DNA of 64,000 nt, taken from the NCBI RefSeq assembly GCF_018350175.1, contig NC_058368.1, positions 155,932,001-155,996,000 on the forward strand. The letters run 5' to 3'. This DNA is from Felis catus (taxonomy: Eukaryota). Shown here piece after piece: positions 53,975-64,000 of this stretch; position 1 is the first letter of the stretch, and every line of letters starts with the position of its first letter. The notes below the pieces were generated by a model. The model did no database searches. It saw only the letters and a program-made list of their open reading frames with translations, and was not told the origin of the DNA. The position numbers and the translations under genes were made by a program.

Positions 53975-55023
53975 CCCCATGCCAGGCCAGGATTGGGAGA
54001 AGTGATTTGAGAACATGGCAGATCCTTTTGAGTTGAGGTGCCATCATTTTCACAGTCATGGCAAAGTAGGAGCATCTCAAAATAACTCCCATTGCCTCAT
54101 CTCCTTAAGGATGATGGCATCGCTTCCTCACTTCCTTTCCTCATCCCTGAGGAACTAATAAGAAATACTGCTTCCTTTAACTTCATGCTGGCATCAAGGA
54201 GGTTAAGAGGCAGGCAAGCAAGATCTTTGCCCTCATAGAATTTATATTAAAGTGGATATCAAAGTTATTTCAGTAAGATTTTTCATCTCATGGCCCTTCA
54301 GTAAACTATGGTGCCCTCTTTAATAGCTCACAAAATATGGAGTACATCATGCGTCTAGACTTGGTCATTCTTTCCAAGATTCTTGGCTTGATCTCTTCGT
54401 GCTGTTTCACCTTAGGATATTTAACATGAAAAAACCACTGCAGTGTGGGACTCCCATAGATGAATTTTAATAATTTATCACTTGAACTTTTGAAAATCAT
54501 TCTCTCTACATAAAAAAAAAACAAAATCAAAAGACAAAACAAGGCCAACACTTCAATGTGGATGCAAGCTTTGGCAAAATGCATAAAAGTAACACTAAGT
54601 CTAAGGTAAATTGAAACTCTAAGCACATTTTGCTTGCATTCCTTCCTTGTTTCTAATTTAATAAATGTTTCCCAGAATGAAGTTTGTAATACGTACATAT
54701 GTATGTATTTTATATATATTTATATATATAGTTATACACACACACACACATATATATATATAAAATGCTTAGTTATTCCCTTTTGGGTTCTGTGTCAATT
54801 GTGTACATTTCATAAATATAAACATAAGACATATTTGCTAAGGAATTACATTTGTTGATGTGGCAGCCCCATGGCTTAAAGTATAAAAAATTCATACCTT
54901 GTCAATTATGAATTGCATTTCTCCCATTTGTATAGAATATGGAACTTGTTTGAGTACTAGCTAAAAATGTACATGATACTATTTCAGATGTGAGTATTGC
55001 TTACCAAAAAAAAAAAAAAAAAA

Positions 55024-55260
55024 GGGCGCCTGTGTGGCGCAGTCGGTTAAGCGTCCAACTTCAGCCAGGTCATGATCTCGCAGTCTGTGAGTTCGAGCCC
55101 CGCGTCGGGCTCTGGGCTGATGGCTCAGAGCCTGGAGCCTGTTTCCGATTCTGTGTCTCCCTCTCTCTCTGCCCCTCCCCCGTTCATGCTCTGTCTCTCT
55201 CTGTCCCAAAAATAAATAAACATTGAAAAAAAAATTAAAAAAAAAAAACAAACAAAAAAC
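55024..55260 (+). mobile_element. Young feline SINEC
   Basis: GGGCGCCTGTGTGGCGCAGTCGGTTAAGCGTCC, CTCTGGGCTGATGGCTCAGAG, long A tail. Confidence 0.95.
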
Positions 55261-56351
55261 ACCCTGCCTTAAGAGGTCAAACATCCAAAAACTATAATCC
55301 TTATAAATAAATTGCAAAAAGTCTGTCCTTTGCTCATTTATTCAGCTTTCTTCTTATTACATCCAATTACCAACCCTATCAGTTCACTTCCTTTGATTTA
55401 TCTTTTAGTCCAATGAGTGTCATAATAGAAAGGCAGCATGAATACCCTTTAATACTTATGGATATTTTTCAAATTTAAACATCTTCCTTGCTAAGCAGAA
55501 TTTATGCACTGACTAACTCCCACAGCTATCACCCTGGATGCCCTCTTCCTATTTCATTACCATTTTGTGGATGAACATATCACTGGTGAGGTATTTATCT
55601 TGATAGATAGCCAAAAAAGTCTTGCTCCAAAAAGCTATGCCATGTTTCTAGCCCTTGTTTATGAGGGAGGCATCTTTCAGCAAAGCTGCCTGCACTAAAT
55701 GGTGGTCCAACTCATATCATTGCTATTTTCCCTGAGTAAAATCTGATATATTCTGTTAATTTAACTAGAAACTGGCCCTTTATTCTGTCTTCCCAATTAT
55801 CTTACCCATTATCTCTCATACCCTAAACTCATATCATTCTCCAGAGAATAGCTTATTTCTCCAAACATCCTTGTCTTATTGCTTCCAGATAACTATCTGT
55901 GACTCTTTTTCCCTTTCAATTGCTTATAGTCATTTTAACATGTGTCATCACAGCTTAAGGTGTGATTATATCTAATAATACTTTACTATTGCAGTGGGTG
56001 CACCACAGTTACCACCACATACAGAAAATTCTGCCTGACATTTCCAGAGCTTTTTTGCACTAGAGTAAGTCAAGTACCGTGTTACCTCTTTCTAGACTGC
56101 CTGGTGAATAACCCAGTACAACTACCCAATGTCCTGAAAGAAGGCCTTACTACTTTGGACAACCTTCTTCTTCACCTTCATAGCCCTACAGAACTGCCCC
56201 TTATTCCTCTTTTCTGACTTTATCTCCCTAATTTAAATTCGAACGTCAAGTGTATGAGTTGACTAGACTATAAATAGTTGACTATTAAAATTAACTTCCC
56301 AACAGAACCCATTTATCAACCAAATTAAACAAATTTCTTCTGTACTTAACA

Positions 56352-56765
56352 GAGCCCTGCGTTGGACTCTGTGCTGACAGCTCAGAGCCTGGAGCCTGCT
56401 TCACATTCTGTGTCTCCCTCTCTCTCTGCCCCTCCCCTGCTTGCACTCTGTCTTGTTCTCTGTCTCTCAAAAATAAATAAACATTAAATTTTTTTTTTTT
56501 AATTTTAGGTTGATTTTTTTTTCCCTAAGGAAATAGTTAGGAAGCATTAAAAAATAAAATCAGGGGCGCCTGGGTGGCTCAGTCGGTTAAGCAGCCGACT
56601 TCGGCTCAGGTCATGATCTTGGGGTCCGTGAGTTGAAGCCTGTTTCAGATTCTGTGTCTCCCTCTCTCTGACCCTCCCCTGTTCATGCTCTGTCTCTCTC
56701 TGTCTCAAAAATAAATAAACGTTAAAAAAAAATTTAAATAAAATAAAATAAGATAAAATAAAAAT
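56352..56765 (+). mobile_element. Two adjacent SINECs (5'-truncated 56352-56490; internally deleted 56563-56765)
   Basis: SINEC bodies, CT repeats and AATAAA-rich tails. Confidence 0.9.
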
Positions 56766-59249
56766 CAGCTAGGAGATTGAGATATTTAGTAAACAAAATC
56801 ATTCTAATTTTTCCATCTTGCTCAGCTATTCTATTTGCCATAACCTATGAATTTGGCCAAATGCAGTAAGTCAAATTCAGTTATAGGAAGTTGACATTCA
56901 GAAGCCATCTTCACTGATGAACTCATTGTAATGAGTTCCTGCTACTATATTACAATTCTCATTTCCCCATAAAACTTATTAAATTTTATTTACTATCAAA
57001 ATCCATCATTGATCCAACAATATGCAGTAGAATGAATAATGTCTAATGATGTTTAACATGCCTAATTTTGTTGTAAATTAAGCTATTAAAAACAAGGTCT
57101 TTGCCAGCCCTTTCATTTATAGGTGATGGGGTCTACTCAAGAGGATCTTACTCAACAATTCAGGATTATCATTTAAAAAAATGTAAAATGCTTGTCATAG
57201 GCCAGTTCTTCTTTAACATTAGCTAGAAAATGAACTCTTCTGGAAGAATACCTTGGGAATGGAGTACATTAATGACCCAGTGGGATAAACACTTGACCAC
57301 CAAAAAGCACTGCTTTTGAAAAATTGCTTTTTCTCAACCTAACCGTGCTTTGTACAACATAAACAGATTCATTACTGCTGAGATATGCTGCATCTCTAAT
57401 TTCATTTTCATAAAACTTCAACACACCTCCATAGAATCCAGATTAGTTTTCTCAGTAAATAACTATGACATTACCATTATTAGTGTTCATAGGAAGTCCC
57501 TATTTAAAAGCACAACAGGGAAATTACTAGACAGTATCTTCACCCCCAGCAAACACATAAAAATACAAATACACGCCTATAGATAATAAAACACTGGAAA
57601 ATGATAAGGATAATCAAGAAAATGCTATATCTTCACCTGTGGTTTAGCTATTCAGCCAACTTTAAACAATTTTATAATACCATTTATTATTTTTAAAATA
57701 TAGGAAAATGTTAGCAATCAAATATTATGAGAAAAGTGTCAACCTAATTATGAAATGAAATTAAGCTGTCAAGCAATAAAATACTGTGAATCATTAATCT
57801 AAATTCTATATTATACACAAGGAGAAGAGATTCCAGATAAAAGGCTCAAATTGCATAGTGTGAAATATTTCACTTTAACCTGTTCCTAAAATATTTTCTG
57901 GTTTTCTTTTCTGGGTTTTTCTCTTTTTTAATAGCTCAAATGTTTAATAATTAGAATTCCATTCCCATTCATTTGCTACTGACCTAGCGTTTCCTGTGGG
58001 ATCTGAAAATCGATTTCATGAAGTACAGCCAACCTTTTTATAGAGAAGAGCCCTTTCTAAAATCCCCTAAATTCCCTTAAGCTTTGAAATTCTTGGTGTT
58101 CTGTTGTGGAATCTGTTAATATCACAGAGAGAAAGTGCAGAAAGATACTAATGCAGGGCTATGGGTGCCTATGCTTCAAGCCATGATGCTGTCTGTGGTC
58201 AAATGGGTTGGTATTATAATTTGCTAGGCAATGGTAAATAACGAGTCTAGTCTCCTTTCAAAAATGACTCAGCTACTTAGTGAATGTGTCTTAGAAGCTA
58301 TACAAATTTTCTAAAACAGATTACTGAACAAAATATTGGTATATAGAAATAAATACTTTTGGACTGTCTACTATGAGTCAGGCAATGTATTAGGTGCAGG
58401 AGATAACGGTGAATATGGTAATTATTGCCCCTTCCTTTATGGATGTTATATCTGTCTCAAAGAGAAATTTTGGACAAGTAATCAAATAAAATGAATGAGT
58501 GGCAGTACTACAAAAGTCAATATTCAGGTTCTTTAATAATTTTTATAGTTTTTCTATATGGATCCTGCATATTTTTATTAGGGTTTTTCCTAGAGATTTT
58601 ATGGTACATATGTTAGTATTATTCAGAGAATTTTTTTCTACTATCTCTACTGTTTCTTATTGGTATATTGATATTTTTTGATATTTTTTTTGTATTTAAC
58701 AGCCTTACAGATTTCTGTTTAAAAGGATTTTATGTGGCATTTTTGAACTTTCTAAGAAATATTCTCTGCAGTTACTAATGACTTTTCCCTTTCCCCCTCC
58801 AGTAGTTATTCCATTAATTGATTTGTGTGTTGTTGCACCAGCCAGAAATTCTAGAATAATGTTGAATAACAACATTGGGAATTCCATCCCTCCTTGATTT
58901 TAATGAGCTCAGTTTATATAATTAGTATTACATGATGTGCTCTTTCTAGATACCCTTTTTTTTATGAGAAGAAAGTATACTTCATTGTTTCCCTTAAGAT
59001 GTTGTTTATTAGGAATTTTTTTCCCCTAAGTTCTTAATTATGATCTCTCTCTCTCTCTGTCTCTCTCTCTCTCCCCCGCCCCCCTTTCTCTCTGTATCAC
59101 TTTAAGTATTTTTTTTCAAGAGGAGCATTTAGGTGCTACAATTTTTAACTTCCTCAATAACTGAGAATTCTGTTACCATCACATATAAACAATATCTAGG
59201 AGGGCATACAATTCTTAGGTTACAGGTTTCTGCCTTAAAATGCCACAGA

Positions 59250-61781
59250 CCGTTGGGAATACAGAATTGTACAGCCACTTTGGGAAGTGTTTTGGCAATT
59301 TAGGTGAAATTTACACTTACACAAAACCCTATAAACACGTTTATGGCAGCTTTATTCATAGTAGCCCAAACCTGTAAACTATACAGGTGTCCTTAAATCC
59401 TTCCATACAATGGACTATTTATTACTCAGCCATAAGAAGGAAAAAACTGTTGGTTCATACAACAGGTTGGGTGAATTTTAAATGCATTTTCCTAAGTGAA
59501 AGAAGAAAGACTATATATGCTAAAGAAGACAGTGGCTATGGGTTGTGTTGATTTTTTTTTTTAATGTTTATTTATTTTTGAGAGCGAGAGACAGCATGAG
59601 TTGGGGAGGAGCAAAGAGAGAGGGAGACAGAGAATCCCAAGCAGGCTGTAGCTATCAGCACAGAGCCTGATGTGGGGCTCGATCTCAGGAACACCAAGAT
59701 CATGACCTGAGCTGAAGTCAGATGCTTAATGACTGAGCCACCCAGGTGCCTCCCCTATTGTGTGATATTATTTTACATGATACTCTTTAAAAGGTGAAAG
59801 TACAAGGAGGAAAACATATCCGTGGTTGCCAAGGATTGTGAATGGGAGGAGACATTATCCATAAAGGGTAAGTCTCATTTTCTGTAGGGAAGTGTAATGA
59901 TGGGCACATGACTCTGCATTTGTCAAAATGTACAGAATGTACACAACTGAAGGTGAATTTTATTGTATGAATACCACAAGATCTACTGGGAGGTGGGGGC
60001 AAATATGGAATGCAGATGGCGACAAAAGAAATCTAGCTATATCGCAATTGAATCACATTAACTACACTGAAGGGAATGGGGGAGAAAGAAGCTAAGCAAA
60101 GAAACTCTGGAAGGCAAGCAGCATTTTGACTGGATACTTTAAGGCTAAGGACAAAAAGACCTGTTCACATACATCATTCTCTAGTTGGTAATTTGTTTCT
60201 TAGAGAGATATGGATTAGGAAATTTATAACTGCTCTTTTAAATTTTAGATTTTTTTTTAGATTTTAAAGGTATCCTTAGATGTTTTTAAAGTTATTTTCA
60301 TTTATGCTTATATACTGGAGTTTGAGTTAAGAAATAAATTATAGAAAATGGACTCAGATTTCTTACTATCAGAGGAAGAAGTTACAAAAAATAGAGGAAG
60401 GCTAGAATAAGCCCTATGGTGTTGGATTAAAATTGGAGATATCACTATGAACTTATTCTTTTTAATGTACACGTAAGTGACGCAGAAATGAACTCTGATA
60501 GGTGTGTATGCATGAGCCAGTATCCATACCTGTATTTCCTAGGTTCACCCACTGAAGAGGTCTAGAAGGTGCCTGAGTAGCAATGAGCAAAGCCAGCACC
60601 CAAGTCTTGGCTTCTAAATTCCATTCTCTAATGAAAGAAATGGGACTCTTTTGGGGTAATACCTGACTCTAGGGCTGTGGCAGGGAAAACACAATGTAAG
60701 CCATCCTGAAAAAGTTGCCAGTTGCCAAAGTCAGAACAGCTTGAGCAACAAGATAAATAACGACAGCACTGGATGGTAACTCCATAATAAAATAAATATT
60801 CATGAATCCATACGACTATAAATAAACAAGTGAATAAATGGGGCAGAAGTGATAAATAATGATTCCACTTGATAAATATGAAGGATTGAGGGAAATAGCA
60901 ATTATTATTAAAATACCACAGTGATAACTGCCACACAATGTATGCTAAAATTAGTGGGTGAAAGTTTATGCAAAAATAGGATATTTGCATTAGATCAAAG
61001 CATCTCCCCCAAATATTTAAAAATTATAAAGGAAAAGTAGTAACCTTGGTAGAGAATCCTAACAAACCCCAGATTAATCAAGTGACCAAGAGTAATATCA
61101 CCAGTAGTCAGACATCCTGATAGTATTCAATCCCTGATGTGATAGACCAAGAGAGGCATGTGACTTTCCTTCTATGACTTTCCTTCCCAATAATGCACAC
61201 TTTTTTTTAGTGCTTTTTTTTTTTTTTTTTTGAGAGAGAGAGAGAGAGAGAGAGAGAAGGGGACGGAGGATTCAAAGCAGGCTCTGCACTGACAGCCTGA
61301 TGAGAGGCTCAAGTTCACAAACCATGAGGTCATGACCTGAGCCAATGTCCGATGCTTAACTGCTTAATCAACTGAGCCACCCCAGCGCCCCTCCAATCAT
61401 GCTCATTCTTAAACTAATCACAAGAAAGCATCAGACAAACCCAAACTGAAGCACAGTCTACAAAAGAACTGACCATGAACCTTCAAGAATTTATAAGGCC
61501 ATCCGAGACAAAGATTCAGAATCTGCCACAGACTGGAGAAGACAAAGGAGAAATGACAACTAAATGCAGTATGAGCTCCAGGAACAACAAAAGGACATTA
61601 GTGGAAAACTGGTGAAATCTGGAAAAGTTCTGTACTTTAGTTAATAGTAGTGTCCCAAGGTTAATGTCTTAGTATAGATGAATGTTCTTTGGTTATGTAA
61701 GGCGTTGAACATAAGGAGTATCTGAGTGAAGGTATATAGGAAATCTGTGTACTGGTTTTGCCACTTTAAGTCAAAAATACA

Positions 61782-61832
<51 letters not shown>

Positions 61833-61850
61833 TGCTAAAATAATGTTGTA
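59250..61850 (+). mobile_element. Ancient L1 (L1MC/L1MD-like) 3' region with SINECs at 59552-59755 and 61201-61392 (both minus)
   Basis: GTTGGGAATACAGAATTGTACAGCCACTTTGG, AAAAGGACATTAGTGGAAAACTGGTGAAATC and related L1MC 3' UTR motifs. Confidence 0.75.
61786..61830. repeat. (AT)n microsatellite
   Basis: Directly visible. Confidence 0.98.
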
Positions 61851-62223
61851 TATGTGCCATCATCTCGTGGCACCGCTGCTTGAAGTTTAAGGCCAGTCTA
61901 ATTTTTGTCCCTTTTTAGATAATCTGCTTTACCTTTTTCCTGTATGGATGCTTTAAATCTGTTTTCCTCTTTCTTGAAAATAAGTCTTATAATATCATTA
62001 ATTTGATTTTCTTTAGTGCCAATTTAAATCATTCCTCCCACCCCCAAATGTTATCCACTTCCATTTTCACTTTGGCCTCTTGTTACATCTCATTGTTTGT
62101 CTTTTTTGTCTTTACAGATTGTAACCTAAGGATTATCCACAGAGGGTTTGCCTTCCATCTACCGAGGATATACTAGGAAAGTGTTCTAATATTGTGGTGT
62201 GATCTCTATATTAAGCATATTAA

Positions 62224-62226
<3 letters not shown>

Positions 62227-62268
<42 letters not shown>
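62227..62268. repeat. (GT)n microsatellite
   Basis: Directly visible. Confidence 0.98.
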
Positions 62269-62270
<2 letters not shown>

Positions 62271-64000
62271 CCAGAGTGATTTTTACTTTTCCTTAAGCTG
62301 GAGCCTCTTTTCACAAGTACTATTTGAGTTCTTTGGATCATTCATCTTCAAAGTAGGAGAGGTTTCTATATCTAGACCGTTTTCATTATCTTGTGGAAAA
62401 CCATTGACAACAAATATACTGATTGATTTTGGAGTTGGAGTTTTTTTCGAAGAGATTTTATTAGGGACTGTTTGGTAGAGCCCATTTTAAGTCAGAAGCT
62501 ACCTACCCAAAATGTCTGCATTTTCGAATTAGTAATTTTAACATTACTCTCAAGATATTTCTTTGGAGAAAGAATATTTGTAAGCATTATATCTGGAATT
62601 CCTGTACTCCAGAATCAGAAAAAAGAATGCAAAGCACTAATTTCTACGTCACAGGATAATTAAAGCAGGAGATTTGCTATTTCTCCATAAAGAGAATTAT
62701 GAAGTTAGATAGTGGCCTGGAAACCAATGAAGCTGATTGCAAAATGAATATTTAAAAGCCCCTCTGATTTAATGGGCTCTTGTTTCCATTCCCGTTATTC
62801 TTTACAAAGACAAAGAGTCCTCTGTAAATATTGCTTTAAGGATTATCAGGCTTCAATTTTCAAATTCATCTGAAGGCCATAATTTAAACCATAATATTGG
62901 CTTTACAAATGTAAACAGTGATTGAACCCCTTTCCTTCAGCTAATAGGAATGCCAATGAAATTAAAGTCAATTAAATAATTGCTTTATTAACCTAATGTA
63001 TTACTTCTGTAAGACATGCTGTGGCATATCCAGCCAGGAGGAGAGCTAGAAGAGAACAAACCTACATCAACGTAAGGAGAATAGAAACCAGCATATTTTA
63101 AAAACTTGATGCAGTGGGAAGAGTTGCAATATTGATCCATCCATTTCTACGTTGTAGTGTAACACTGGCTAAAGATGGAAAAGTCCTAAGAGCGTTGAAA
63201 GGTTTTCATTTGATTTAGATTATATTTAGTAGGGGACAAATTATGTCTACAGGTTAGGTCTAACTTGACTTTTCTCATCTTTCTGCCTTCTGGACACCAG
63301 CTGCAGGGAACTGACTTTACCTCCTCAGACTAAAGCCTAGTTGCATCTCTTAGTGACTCACTACTGCTGACAGAATGATGTTTAAACTTTAAACTCCTTA
63401 TCAGAACTTATAAATCCCTTGATGATTTGAATCCTACTCACAGATCCAGCCTCATTTACCACTGTGCTCCTTCCATCCTCCCCCTTAGGAGGACCTTCAG
63501 CTCTCACTGCAGACTCTGCTGGTTCACTGATCTTTCAGGATATAAGTTGAAATATCCCCTCTTCAGCCAGAGAAAACTTTTCTCTGTCCACCTCTGTTTC
63601 CAGCCTCTTCCTCTGCTTCCCCCAGGCAAGTTATCCCATTTTTTCTTTTATGATAATACAGAATTACGTGTTTATTTACTTCTAATATTACATTCCTTGA
63701 GAGATTGGTTTTACTTATTTTGTAGATGTCTTTCTCTCCCACTGTGTTGTCCCCTTCCTTTACAAGGGCAGGACTAGATCAATTATTCCAACAATATCAG
63801 AACTTAGGGAAGTACCTGGTACCTATGAGTAAATAGGCAGGTATCTCTAGAAAGATACAGAACAAGTTCTTAGTAGTTACAGCCTTTCTTATAGTTCATG
63901 TCCCTCCTGCTCTGCCCCAAATTTTGTTAAGGTCCTGAGCACAAAAAAAGCAATTTTTTTTCGTTTTGATTTTTCTTTCTTTTTTTTTTTAATGTTTGTT

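Noticed and set aside
54332..54410. Minus-strand 79-nt open segment VKQHEEIKPRILERMTKSRRMMYSIF between AAG| and |GTGAGC
   Set aside because: Weak acceptor and donor; phases do not fit the terminal exon or the microexon; not recognised as KIAA0825 sequence
1..64000. CRISPR arrays, operons, rRNA genes or another novel multi-gene system
   Set aside because: The window is mammalian intronic and intergenic DNA; no such structures are visible

Overview
Mammalian, almost certainly felid, genomic DNA (carnivore tRNA-derived SINEC elements and a feline-type LINE-1), with a large fraction made of interspersed repeats. A CpG-island bidirectional promoter at ~10.45-11.1 kb drives a minus-strand gene whose non-coding exon 1 (10709-~10860) I recognise from memory as FAM172A/ARB2A. 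A divergent plus-strand first exon with a strong donor ends at 10983. The only supportable host coding sequence is a minus-strand terminal coding exon at 30253-30370, best matching the KIAA0825 C-terminus, so 30.4-64 kb is probably KIAA0825's last intron. Mobile elements include a young full-length, frameshifted L1 with a perfect 15-bp TSD (43942-49849), two older L1s with both ends (21655-25786, internally deleted; 32935-40148), a full-length Tigger1, ERV/MaLR LTRs and about 20 SINEs. I found no clearly novel multi-gene system. The most interesting lead is an ORF0-like antisense ORF with a consensus splice donor in the young L1 5' UTR. Gene and repeat-family names come from recall, not database searches, and boundaries of old repeats are approximate.
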